Below the pieces are notes generated by a model that did no database searches, was not told the DNA's origin, and saw nothing but the letters and a program-made list of their open reading frames with translations. DNA of 64,000 nt from Octopus sinensis (taxonomy: Eukaryota), in the NCBI RefSeq assembly GCF_006345805.1, contig NC_043005.1:92318001-92382000 (forward strand), read 5' to 3'. This document shows, piece by piece, positions 42,427 through 54,749 of this stretch; the stretch's first letter is position 1, and every line of letters starts with the position of its first letter. The position numbers and the translations under genes are program-made.

Positions 42427-43770
42427 ACGGTAAGCTTTATGAAAATAGACGAAGGCAGGTTTACAGAAATAAACAAAAGACGAAGGCAGGTGGAATACAA
42501 ACAATTGTATTAGTATGGCGCTCAGGAAATATAAATGAAACAAGTCTTTAACGTTTCGAGCCTACGCTCTTCAACAGAAAGATACACAGAGAAAAAAAAA
42601 ACACAGAAAGAAGGAGAGAAAAAAATATGCGTGCAAAAGCTAGCGAATCAACATGGCGATCTGATTTCGGCCAGAAGTCAAAGATCAAACATGAGACGCA
42701 AGAGCGAAATTAGGGGAGATAATAGGGTTGAATGACCCCCGTTCAAACATAAGAGTGTGTGTGTGTGTGTATGAGAAGAGTGTGTGTGTGTGTGTATGAG
42801 AGAGTATTAGTGCGTATGAGAGGTCTAGACGTGTGTATGTATATATGATGTGATGTGTAAAGTCGTATGGTGTAGAGTAAGAGAGGAGAAGAGGGGGGGG
42901 AGGGGGTGAGGGGAGAGAAGAAAGGGGAGAATAGGGGAGAGGAAAGGGGAGAGGGGAGGGGAGGGGAGAAGGAAGGAGAGGAGAAGAGGAGGGGGAGAAG
43001 GAAGGAGAGGAGGAAGAGGAGGGGAGGAGGGAGAAGAGGGAGAGGGGAGAGAGAAGAAGGGAGTGAGGGAGCAAGGGAAGAAGGAGGGAGGGAGAAAGAG
43101 GGAAGAAGGGAAAAGGAGTAGGGGTGAAAGGATGAAGGACTGAAGAGTAGTGGGTCCGGGGGAGGTTAGATGAGGAGGGGGAGAGTTGAGACCAAATGGC
43201 ATATAAGAGCGAAGAGAGAAGATTAATTCCTGTTCACGGCGCAAACGGGAATCCGGATGGCCTCTGTGTAAGGACAACCGAACACAGACAGGTGTCAAGG
43301 AGTGACCGGTGGAGCAGAATGGCGTGAGACCGGTGTTGTCGTTCGCAAGGTGGATGTCACGAAGGTGTTCCGCGAACCGGTCAGCCAAGCGGCGTCCCGT
43401 TTGTCCGATGTACAGGGAATGGCAGAGAGAGCAAGAGACGCAATAGATAATATTGCTGGAGGTGCAGGTGAAGGAGTTTTGATGAGCGAAAGGGTCGATG
43501 ATGGGTGCAGTGAGGAGGGTGGTGGTTGGAGAGGTAAGGGCAAGTGCGGAACGTGGGCGGGAGCAGGGGAACGAGCCAGGTTGGGAGGTAGGGTTCATGG
43601 AAGGAGCTACTATGGACCAAAAAGTCTCGAAGGTTATGGGGGCTCGTTTTGAAAGAGGGGAGGGGTCGTTTAGGGAAGAGGTGTGAAGTGGACGGGTCGG
43701 ACTGGAGATGACGGAAAGCTCGAAGAATGGTGCGTTGGAGAGGTAGGGTCGTGGGGTTGTAAGTGAGGAT
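42427..43770 (-). mobile_element. Penelope-like element 3' portion: GIY-YIG endonuclease remnant plus pLTR with HHR (42545-42582)
   Basis: ORF 42825-43598 contains FTCTSSNIIYCVSCSLCHSLYIGQTGRRLADRFAEH (GIY-YIG with the CxxC/H motif typical of PLEs); HHR UCUUU-CUGUUGA-A-GAGC-GUAG-GCUC-GAAA-CG-UU/AAAGA; ends at (TA)n. Confidence 0.85.
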
Positions 43771-43772
43771 AT

Positions 43773-44533
43773 ATAGTTATCGCCATACTAATATGGCAGT
43801 CTTATAGATATAAGACTAAAGCTGTCGCTGACTAGCTCCAAGAGGCCACTGCTTCAAGCTAGCTATTGACACACAACCTGCGTCCATTATAAACCTCGAA
43901 CAGGGGAGGTCAGCCGCTTCATCCTGCCAGTCAGACAGCTGCAGACATGTTTCAGGGTATTTGCCCTTTATCAATGCAGCGTAGTCAGACCCAGCAGGTG
44001 TCGCTACTGACTGTCCCTGTTCGAAGAATCTATTTACCTAGTTTCAGTGGTATACATCCACTTGTTTTCAATAATAGAAATATTAAAATTACTAAGTCTC
44101 TCTAAAGGAGATTACGGCAGCGTTACTGGAAATTAATAGTTATCGCCATACTAATATGGCAGTCTTATAGATATAAGACTAAAGCTGTCGCTGATTAGCT
44201 CCAAGAGGCCACCGCCTCAAGCTAGCTATTTGACACACAGCCTGCTGGGTCTGACTACGCTGCATTGATAAAGGGCAAATACCCTGAAACATGTCTGCAG
44301 CTGTCTGACTGGCAGGATGAAGCGGCTGACCTCCCCTGTTCGAATGTTTATAATGGACGCAAGTTGTGTGTCAAATAGCTAGCTTGAGGCGATGGCCTCT
44401 TGGAGCTAATCAGCGACAGGTTTAGTCTTATATCTATAAGACTGCCATATTAGTATGGCGATAACTATTAATTTCCAGTAACGCTGCCGTAATCTCCTTT
44501 AGAGTGACTTAGTAATTTTAATATTTCTATTAT
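43773..44533. mobile_element. HHR-bearing ~363-nt monomer present as a minus-strand tandem plus an inverted plus-strand copy
   Basis: Direct repeat at 43774 and 44137; inverted copy 44241-44533 ending at (TA)n; degenerate HHR GCUGCA-UUGAUAA-AGGG..CCCU-GAAA-CAUG-UC/UGCAGC at 43938-43980(-) and 44259-44301(+). Confidence 0.7.
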
Positions 44534-44545
44534 ATATATATATAT

Positions 44546-44592
<47 letters not shown>

Positions 44593-44594
44593 CA

Positions 44595-44629
<35 letters not shown>

Positions 44630-45356
44630 TTAGTTAATCCAAACAAGAAAACACAAAAAAAACACAACAACGCGAGGACGTGGAACAAATAAAGTATTAT
44701 TGGACGCTCAGGAAAGAAGGGAAGAAGGAGGGTTTAACGTTTCGAGCGGAGCTCTTCATCGGAAACATAGGAGAAGGAAAGATCCCGAGAAGGGAAGACA
44801 GAGGAAAAAAATCGCCAGCGGTACTCACGAGGTCACATATTGAAAGGGAATAGGGGGTGGCGTGGAACTTCAAGAGGAAGCCACGGGGTGTGACGTGATG
44901 GCGGAGGCAACGACTGAGGCAGGAGAGATGGCTAGAGTGGCGAGTTTTTTAAAAAGTAAGTGAGAAAGTTTTTTTGCGGGTTGTAAGCATTGGACGGGGG
45001 AAAAAGCGAGAAAGCGGCTAAGGGGGGATTGAAGGAGTTGGGCGAACGAGTGCAAGTCAGGTATGTTGAGAAGTGGTGAATGTTTGTGTAGGTGTAAGTG
45101 GTGGCGACACAAGTGGGAAAATGGAGGTAAAAGAAGAAAGGTAAAGAAGGAAAAAGTACGAGAAAAAAAGTTTGAGGAAAAAATTTCGAGGAAAAAAAGT
45201 TAGAGGAAAAAGTTATTGTAGAGTAACGGACAGATTTTTTTGATTTCCAATCACGATATCAGTGGCGTACTCCGGAAGAATGGTAACAGTAATCCATAGG
45301 TGTAAAAGACCAGGAATTGGTATCCAAGGCACTCAGTATCCGTGTGAGCGTGCGGT
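44630..45356 (-). mobile_element. Penelope-like terminal fragment with HHR at 44732-44766
   Basis: GUUU-CCGAUGA-A-GAGC-UCC-GCUC-GAAA-CG-UU/AAAC; pLTR sequence related to 42427-42690 and 21518-21730. Confidence 0.6.
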
Positions 45357-45363
45357 ATATATA

Positions 45364-46039
45364 TATAAAATTAATTAAGGGTAGGAATCAATATTTATCA
45401 ATTAAAACCAGTGGTCTAACATATTAAAAAAATCGAAGATTAAATATTTATATATACCAATTAAGGACTGAACACGAAAAAGTGGACAGTCAACATGCTA
45501 GATATAGACGTCAAATCGCCATTCTCCACAAAAGATTATGTTCTCAGATCAAACTCAACACCAACCCAAGTAATAAACAAGTGAAAATATACGAAAAATA
45601 ATACTCATCCATGTACTGAATCAGTTTCGACTATTATTATCCGTAAGGATACCCGTAGTCTTCGTCAGCATGGCCGATATGAATGAAATCTGCTGAACTA
45701 GATGCAAAAAAACGATACCGGAGTATCATCATGTGCGTAGAGTTCAACCGATTACATCCGAATGTAAATTTCAAATGCCTTTCACTTTGGCGCGTTGAGA
45801 CCCGAAGAAAATAGCCTGCAGCTAATAATTAGCAGCAGTCAATTTATCGGTTAGAGAAACATATTTATTTTTATAAAATTAATTAAGGGTAGAAATCAAT
45901 ATTTATCAATTAAAACCAGTGGTCTAACATATTAAAAAAATCGAAGATTAAATATTTATATATTAAGGACTGAACACGAAAAAGTGGACAGTCAACATGC
46001 TAGATATAGACGTCAAATCGCCAATAAATATGTTTCTCT
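45364..46039 (-). mobile_element. HHR-bearing tandem element, ~508-nt monomer x1.3, with a short inverted terminal piece
   Basis: Direct repeat starting at about 45366 and 45874; 46024-46039 is the reverse complement of 45853-45868; abuts TA repeats on the left and a broken RTE on the right. Confidence 0.7.
45609..45673 (-). ncRNA. Type I hammerhead ribozyme with intact core
   Basis: CCAUG-CUGACGA-A-GACUA(loop containing UAUCC-UUAC-GGAUA)UAGUC-GAAA-CUGAUUCAG-UA/CAUGG. Confidence 0.85.
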
Positions 46040-47535
46040 GTCTTGCAATACGAAATACCTCAAGTCTTTCATCCTCACGGCGCAGAACATTGGCAAATTT
46101 TTTCTTATCTGCTTCCCCTCTGGCTAAATACACCTGCCTCCTAGCTTCCTTTCTGGCAGTCTGATACACTTCCCTGCTACCACCATTCTTCCAGTCCTTC
46201 CAAGCCTGTTTCTTTCGTCTAATAGCCCTGTCAACAATATTGTTCCACCACCACGTTATTTTGGGTCTTGAGGGGACTATGCACCAGCCACAGATCTGGT
46301 CAGTGACTTTCAGCAGGTTGTCCCTTAGAAGCGTCCAGTTATCTTCTAGCCCATGTGTAGCTATACCCCCTTCTATTTCGTCGAAGGCTTCAAGTAATAT
46401 GTCTCTAAATCCCTGTCCATTTGCAGGGTCTTTAAGCTTCCAGACCCTTCTTCTCCATGCTGGTCGTCTTCTAGTCATCCTCTTAGTCGTGATCCTAAAG
46501 TCACTAACTACCAGTCTATGTTGTGGGGTACATTCTTCCCCTGGGAAGGTTTTGGCATTTATAAGCAGCCATCTTTCCCTTTTTCTGGCAAGGATGTTGT
46601 CGATTTGGCTAGTATGCCGGCCCGATCGGTAGGTGACCAAGTGGCTTGTCGGTTTCCTGAAGTTAGTGTTGCAAACCATAAGACTATTCGCATCACAGAA
46701 CTCCAGCAGCCTGGTTCCCTCCTCGTTGCGGGAACCATAACCGTAGCCTCCATGTACGCCATGGAAGCCCCCAGCATGTCGTCCAACATGCCCATTGAAG
46801 TCACCAGCCACAAAGAGAAGGTCCCTGTCGTTCGTCAATGAGGTGGTCTGCAGTAGGGTATCATAGAAACGGTCTTTCTGTCCATCGGGTAGCCCTGGCT
46901 GAGGGGCATAGGCCGATATAATAGTTGCTAAACTATGATGGAGCACTAATCTAATCTTCAGTATTCTGTCACATACTCTGACTACCTCGATTACCTTATC
47001 TACCCATTTTTCGGCGATAAGTATACCCACACCCCCGACCCCGTCAGTATTCCCAGCCCAGAAAATCTTGTACCTCTGTCCTTTACCTGTGAGGAACCTA
47101 GCAGAACCTCCTCTCCACCTCACTTCTTGAATACAGCATATATCGACACACCTCCGTTCAAGCAATTCAACGATCTCTTCATATCTGCCTTTCAGTGTGC
47201 CAACGTTGAGGGTGCCAACCCTGAGGGAGTGGGAGGTATTGGCCCTAGTAGCATCATGAACCTGAAAAGAAAACTCGCGTTTGGCAGGATTCATAGACAA
47301 ACAATAAAACTCAGTTCAAACCGCGTACGCTACGCTAACATATCTTGCAATGAATGACCACTACCTTTTATGGAAGGAGGTGTGGGTGGCGTAAGACTTT
47401 GAAGTGTACATGGGATACAACAAGGATGAGAAAATTTAGGACTTCCTGTAGTAACGGTGGAGGGGGTGGGAGGGCTTGCGAACCCCGCGAAAACTAAGCA
47501 GCCATATGTGAGCGGGGAAGGAAAAACTTATCTAA
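46038..47535 (-). mobile_element. RTE LINE 5' portion encoding an APE endonuclease
   Basis: ORF 45963-47300: GTLNV, CIQEVRW, AYAPQ, GDFNGHVG, QIDNIL; overlaps in homology with 10.5-10.8 kb; broken at about 46038 by the HHR element. Confidence 0.93.
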
Positions 47536-47890
47536 AATAAGGCGCTATAAAATATATAATATACAATATATATATATACATATATATATATTATACATAT
47601 ATACATATATATACATATATATATATACATATACATATATATACATATATATATATACATATATATATATACATATATATATATACATATAAATATATAC
47701 ATATATATATATACATCTATATATATATACATATATATACATATATATATATACATATATATACATATATATTAACATAATATATATATATATATATATA
47801 TATACATAATATATATATAACATATATATATATACATATATATACATATATATACATATAATATATACATATATATACATATATATATAC

Positions 47891-47923
<33 letters not shown>

Positions 47924-47984
47924 CAGACATATATATATACAGACATATATATATACCAACATATATATATACATATATATATAC

Positions 47985-48033
<49 letters not shown>

Positions 48034-48052
48034 CATATATATATATACATGA

Positions 48053-48985
48053 TATGATGCGTGTGTACGAACAGCCATGCAACATGGCAGTGAAACATGG
48101 GCCGTGACTGCTGAGGATATGCGTAAGCTCGCAAGAAATGAAGCCAGTATGCTCCGATGGATGTGTAATGTCAGTACTCATACTCGGCAGAGTGTAAGTA
48201 CCTTGAGAGAAAAGCTGGACCTAAGAAGCATCAGTTGTGGTGTGCAAGAGAGACGTTTGCGCTGGTATGGTCATGTGGCGAGAATGGATGAAGATAGTTG
48301 TGTGAAAAAAGTGCCACACCCTAGCAGTGAGGGAACCTGTGGAAGAGGCAGACCCAGGAAAACCTGGGACGAGGTGGTGTGAAGCACGACCTTCGAACTT
48401 TAGGTCTCACTGAGGAAATGACTAGAGACCGAGACCTCTGGAAGTGTGCTGTGCGCGAGAAGACCCGGCAGGACAGTGAGTCCATAACCCGTGGCCTTCT
48501 ACATGGGATGGAGCCAGCCTACGTATGCATACCTTCCCTTCTTGGGACACAAAACTCTACTTGTGAAGACCTGTTGAGGCAAGTGAGGATCAGAATCGAA
48601 ATCGATCAATGGAAATCGATCAATGGAAATTGCAGATGTGTTACCAGTGCCGGTGGCATGTAAGAGAACCTTCCGTTTCGCGACCGTTGCCAGCACCGTT
48701 TCGTGTCCGTTGCCAGCCTCGCCTGGCCCTCGTGCCGGTGGCACATAAAAAGCACCATCCGTTCGTGGCCGTTTGCCAGCTCTGTCTGGCTTCTGTGCAG
48801 GTGGCACGTAAAAAGCACCCACTACACTCACGGAGTGGTTGGCGTTAGGAAGGGCATCCAGCCGTAGAAACACTGCCAGATTTGACTGGGCCTCATGAAA
48901 CCTTCTGGCTTCACAGACCCCAGTAGAACCGTCCAACCCATGCTAGCATGGAAAACGGACGCTAAACGATGATGATGATGATGAT
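48053..48985 (+). mobile_element. RTE LINE 3' fragment
   Basis: ORFs 48077-48663; (GAT)n tail. Confidence 0.9.
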
Positions 48986-48986
48986 A

Positions 48987-49034
<48 letters not shown>

Positions 49035-49071
49035 TATATATATCTATATATATATACATATATATATATAC

Positions 49072-49102
<31 letters not shown>

Positions 49103-49111
49103 CATATATAT

Positions 49112-49313
49112 ATGTTCGTTAGTTACTGCACGCATTTTTTTTCTCTCCTTCTTTCTGTGTTTTTTTCTCTCTGTGTATCTTTCTGTGAAGAAGAGCGTAG
49201 GCTCGAAACGTTAAAGCTTGTTTTATTTATATTCCTGAGCGCCACATTACTAATACAATTGTTTGTTTTACACCTGCCTTCGTCTTTTGTCTATTTTCAT
49301 AAAGCTTCCCGTT
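49112..49313 (+). mobile_element. Solo pLTR of the 42.4-kb Penelope-like family (degenerate HHR at 49178-49216)
   Basis: Reverse complement of 42427-42635; embedded in (TA)n. Confidence 0.7.
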
Positions 49314-49487
49314 ATATATACATAATATATAATATATATATATATATATATTACATATATGTATATAGTATATAATATTATATATATACCTTATACATAT
49401 ATATATACATACATATATATATACATATATATACATATACATATATAGATTACATACATATAATATATACATACATATATATATACC

Positions 49488-49543
<56 letters not shown>

Positions 49544-49544
<1 letters not shown>

Positions 49545-50178
49545 TAGCAGTATCGCCCGGCGTTGCTCGGGTTGTAAGGGAAATAACTATATAAACATTT
49601 TTTGAGAGTTATAGCCAAAAAATAGCAAAAAAAGCATTAAAATGGAAAAAATATGATGGTAAATTTTTTTTAAATCGTTGATTCATCGTAGGACATTTTT
49701 AGAGAGTTCCTTCCCTTATATAATAGCGAAAAAATGCATTAAAATGGAAAAAAAACGATGGTAAATTTTTTTTAAATCGTAGACTCATGTAGACGCTTTC
49801 TTAGCCATTTCTGTTTTGGTGTCTTCAAGCCATGAAGTCGTTGTTCTAAAAGAACGCTGGTCTCCTTGACAACGCATTACGACGTTGATTTCCTTACACT
49901 CTCTTCCCCACAGGTGCAGGTGTGAGCGTGGACGCCAACTCCGCCGCCATCGACACACGAAAAATTATGCATTAAAATGGAATAAAAAATGATGTTAAAT
50001 TATTTTTAAATCGTAGACTCATCGTAGACGCGCGCTAATACTCAGATGGGCTCGATATGAATCACGACTATAAGCTACCTGAATTTGTTAAACTGCACCG
50101 CAAAATGTGGGGTGGGAGTAGTAGGAATCTAAATCGAAGGGGACAGACACTCACACAACTACAGTTTTATTATATAGA
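49544..50178 (-). mobile_element. Non-autonomous Helitron (same family)
   Basis: TC...CTAG termini and 3' hairpin. Confidence 0.85.
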
Positions 50179-50189
50179 TATACATAGCG

Positions 50190-50790
50190 CAGTAGTGGTG
50201 AGATGTGACAGCAAAGAAAAGCATACATTCACTCTCTGCATACAATTAGACTCGGAAAGTTTGTGAGGAACCCATTGACCCAATTTGCTGACTTTTCGAT
50301 AGCACACAGGTCTCAATGAATGGTTGAATGACCAAATCCAAGCTTCTCTTGCTAGTTCCTCAACAGTTACGATGAGATTTTGTTCCACCAGGGTTTCAGG
50401 ATGTCCTTGTCGAGTTCTACAGATCTTTCAGGATGAGGCTCGTCTTCTAGGCTGTAGTTTATGGCTCGGAATTTCTGGAAACACCATTGACACTGCCTTA
50501 CGCTTATTGTCCAATCCCCATATACTGCATAATATTTCTTGTACTTTCCGTTGCATTGTTGTCTTTATTGAACTCATAAAGCAAAATATGCCAAATATGC
50601 TCCTTTGTACTTCCAACATAGCTTTGAAAAAAATAGCTGTTAAAATCGAAATGCACTCTTCAAAACTTGCACTATGAATAAGGACAAGATAAAATTACTA
50701 CCTGCTTTTATAGCAAGTTAATATAAGTAGTTTATCCATTCCCATCTGACTTTTAGTTCAGCTGTTGAAAAAACCGCATTATTATATATA
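50190..50790 (-). mobile_element. Mariner transposase remnant; further remnants at 36640-36960(-) and 60200-60490(+)
   Basis: KVSKLGQWVPHKLSE motif in ORF 50170-50388; FYADGIFKLPDRW near 60.36 kb. Confidence 0.7.
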
Positions 50791-51259
50791 TATACATACA
50801 TACATACATACATACATCATACATACATACATACACATACATATACACCCACACTCTCTCTCTCACACACATGCACACATTTATATTCTGTTATTCTTTT
50901 ATATGTTTCAGCCTTGAGGTTGTGGCCATGCTGGATCATGTTGTGTGTGGGTCTATCTGTCTGTCTGTCTGTATGTAATATGTATATGTATGTGTGTGAA
51001 CAATAATATTTTCAACAGATGTGTTACAAATGTATCTGATTGTTCTCAAGCTTCAATACTGTGTGTGTATGTGTGTATGTGTGTGTGTATGTATGTACGT
51101 ATATGTATGTATGTATATGTATGTATGTATGTATGTGTGTATGTATGTATGTGTGTGTGTATGTATGTATGTGTGTGTGTGTATGTATGTATGTATGTAT
51201 GTATGTATGAGTGTATGTTTACTTTATTACTAACACAAGCCACTACGGTTATTTAATGT

Positions 51260-51662
51260 ATAGTCTTCCTCAAATCACTATCTCTGGCTATTTACTCTCT
51301 TCCAAGAACATTTTCACTCACACTTATGTGTTAGCTTCCCATACATTTTACTCATGTATCTATCAGCGTGATAGAGAGAAACAAATATTACATCTAGTTT
51401 CACTTTATTCGTTGCCCACTGTGTGTGTGCGTTTGTGTGTGGTGTAAACCAGACTAAGAAAAGCATTTGACACACACACCAGAATGTGAGTTTTCTGTAA
51501 ATTTTGCTTAATTGGAGTTTAAATTTTAAAAACTGGACCTGGCATGACGCGATGCATTGTACTGTTAAAACTGCTAGGTAAATTGTAATTGAAGAAATCC
51601 TATATTGTAGATTTGTATAACTCCCAAAGGGAGGCAGATAAAATCTGCCTTTTATAATAAGA

Positions 51663-51709
<47 letters not shown>

Positions 51710-51733
51710 CATATTATATATATATATACACAC

Positions 51734-51766
<33 letters not shown>

Positions 51767-51795
51767 CATATATATATATACATATATATATATAC

Positions 51796-51830
<35 letters not shown>

Positions 51831-53038
51831 CATACATACATATATAATACATATATATATATATGTATATACTAGCAGTATCGCCCGGCGTTGCTCGGTT
51901 GTAAGGGAAATAACTATATAAGCATTTTTAGAGAGTTATAGGCAAAAAATAGCAAAAAAAATGCATTAAAAATTTTAAAAAAATTAAGGTAAATTTTTTT
52001 TAAATCGTTGACACATCGTAGATATTTTTAGAGAGTTACTTCCCTTATATAAAAGCGAAAAAATGCATTAAAATGGAAAAATATGATGGTAAATTTTTTT
52101 AAAATTTAAAATCGTAGACTCATCGTAGACGCGCGCTAATACCCAGAAGGGCTCGATATGAATCACGACTATAAGATACCCGCTTTTGGTTAAACTGCAC
52201 CGCAAAATGTGGGAGTAATTACGAATGTAATCGAAGGGGACAGACACACAACTTCACTCTTATATAAGATGCTTTTTTTTTCAGTCATAGAGTTAGATTT
52301 ATGAAGGTCTTCAGTAGAAAATCCTTCGAATTCTGACTCGCTGCTTGATATAATGAAATTCGTATCCATTTTTTGTCAGAATTACAAATTTTGAAAACAC
52401 AATAGGAACAAATTTCGGAAAAAAATCTCCCATAATTCACGGAATTAAAATTACACTTCGATTTTTGTACAAAACTGTATTTGAAGTGTTACGAAGTATA
52501 ATACGTGTTTTCACGAATGTACTAAAGAGATTTACTCTGATATTCTCATTTAAATATGAATTGGTAAATTCGGGCGGTTTGGTAACGAAAGGGTTTATAT
52601 AAGTGTCGTCTGTTTATACATAAACACTGTTTCATAGTTTCAGTTTAGTCTTCCTCAAATCACTGTCGCTAATTTACTCTCTTCCAAGAACATTTGCACT
52701 CACTGTTATCTGTTAGCTTCCCATACATTTTACTCATGTATCTATCAGCGTGATAGACAGAAACAATATTACATTTACTTTCATTTTATTCGTTGCCCAC
52801 TGTGTGTGTGCGTTTGCGTGTGGTGTAAACCAGACTAAGAAAAGCATTTGACACACACCCCAGAATGTGAGTTTTCTGTAAATTTTGCTTAATTGGAGTT
52901 TAAATTTAAAACTGGACCTGGCATGACGCGATGCATTGTACTCTTAAAACTGCTAGGTAAATTGTAATTGAAGAAATCCTATATTGTAGATTTGTATAAC
53001 TCCCAAAGGGAGGCAGATAAAATCTGCCTTTTATAATA

Positions 53039-53041
<3 letters not shown>
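51260..53041 (+). repeat. Two near-identical ~400-bp elements (51260-51662 and 52646-53041), each ending at (TA)n
   Basis: Direct sequence match; terminal hairpin aggcagat-aaa-atctgcct. Confidence 0.75.
51872..52269 (-). mobile_element. Non-autonomous Helitron (same family)
   Basis: TC...CTAG termini and 3' hairpin. Confidence 0.85.
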
Positions 53042-53083
<42 letters not shown>

Positions 53084-53125
53084 TATATACATATATATAT
53101 ATACCTTATCATATATATATAATAT

Positions 53126-53201
<76 letters not shown>

Positions 53202-53221
53202 TATATATATAATACATACAT

Positions 53222-53265
<44 letters not shown>

Positions 53266-53571
53266 TATATATATATATAACAATCAACAATTGAGGGTAA
53301 AATTAATTAATTAATCAATTTCACCAAGTGTTCAGTATGTAAAAGGACCATTTAAGGCGAATTCAAAATATTACATTATATAATTAGGGCTTAGTAAAAT
53401 AAATTACTTTGCCACATACTGAACTTAGTAGAAATAGCAGCCAAAAAAAAAAAAAAAATTTTCTTAGCATTTCTACTACTTAAAGAAAATTTCTCTCAGA
53501 TAATGTTTACTCTAGACAGCTCACGAAGGTTTGGGGGTAAATACAGAAAAATATCACAAGTACATAGATCG

Positions 53572-53634
53572 TTTGAGTACGTCAACGTTTCAAGATTAGC
53601 CAAATAAAATCAGCATTTCTTTCGTCAGCTCAAA
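53572..53634 (-). ncRNA. Type I hammerhead ribozyme with intact core (copy 1 of the ~570-nt tandem array)
   Basis: UUUGAG-CUGACGA-AAGA(22 nt)UCUU-GAAA-CGUUGACG-UA/CUCAAA: three helices, canonical core, GUA cleavage triplet. Confidence 0.88.
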
Positions 53635-54136
53635 ATTTCTTAATTTGGATTTGGAAACACTAAAAAGAAGGAACTTTACCTATCAGCGCTTGTCGCTTCA
53701 GATGAACCACTCCAACTAACAGTGTCAACAAATTCAAAATGCGCAGGCGTAAAATTCTGCACTCCCATTCACCCACGTGGTTTATCTAGCAAACATTATA
53801 TTTTAACCACGAGAACCGAGGCAGTATGAGCGAGAGATATGAATTATAATATCAACAATTGAGGGTAAAATTAATTAATTAATAAATTTCACCAAGTGTT
53901 CAGTACGTAAAAGGACCATTAAGGCGAATTCAAAATATTACATTATATAATTAGGGCTTAGTAAAATAAATTACTTTGCCACATACTGAACTTAGTAGAA
54001 ATAGCAGCCAAAAAAAAAAAAAATTTTCTTAGCATTTCTACTACTTAAAGAAAATTTCTCTCAGATAATGTTTACTCTAGACAGCTCACGAAGGTTTGGG
54101 GGTAAATACAGAAAAATATCACAAGTACATAGATCG

Positions 54137-54199
54137 TTTGAGTACGTCAACGTTTCAAGATTAGCCAAATAAAATCAGCATTTCTTTCGTCAGCTCAAA
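54137..54199 (-). ncRNA. Type I hammerhead ribozyme with intact core (copy 2 of the tandem array)
   Basis: Same sequence as 53572-53634, 565 nt away. Confidence 0.88.
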
Positions 54200-54749
54200 A
54201 TTTCTTAATTTGGATTTGGAAACACTAAAAAGAAGGAACTTTACCTATCAGCTCAGCGACTGTCGCTTCAGATGAACCACTCCAACTAACAGTGTCAACA
54301 AATTCAAAATGCGCAGGCGTAAAATTCTGCACTCCCCATTCCACCCACGTGGTCTATCTAGCAAACATTATATTTTAACCACGAGAACCGAGGCAGTATG
54401 ACCGAGAGATATGAATTATAATATCAACAATTGAGGGTAAAATTAATTAATTAATAAATTTCACCAAGTGTTCAGTACGTAAAAGGACCATTTAAGGCGA
54501 ATTCAAAATATTACATTATATAATTAGGGCTTAGTAAAATAAATTACTTTGCCACATACTGAACTTAGTAGAAATAGCAGCCAAAAAAAAAAAAAATTTT
54601 CTTAGCATTTCTACTACTTAAAGAAAATTTCTCTCAGATAATGTTTACTCTAGACAGCTCACGAAGGTTTGGGGGTAAATACAGAAAAATATCACAAGTA
54701 CATAGATCGTTTTATATACATATATATATATATATATATACATATATAT

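Larger units (their letters stand above)
53283..54712 (-). mobile_element. Retrozyme-like or non-autonomous Penelope-like tandem array, 2.5 monomers of ~570 nt, set in (TA)n
   Basis: Unit starts at 53283, 53851 and 54423; near-identical copies; no ORF; one HHR per full unit; TA tracts on both sides. Confidence 0.75.

Noticed and set aside
42685-43121. Pro/Ser-rich and Glu/Gly/Arg-rich ORFs
   Set aside because: Low-complexity purine tract inside the Penelope-like element.
52730-52775. Hairpin TCTATCA-GCG-TGATAGA plus GAAAC as an HHR (also at about 51350)
   Set aside because: The core reads CTCATGT and helix I does not pair; at best a heavily decayed remnant.
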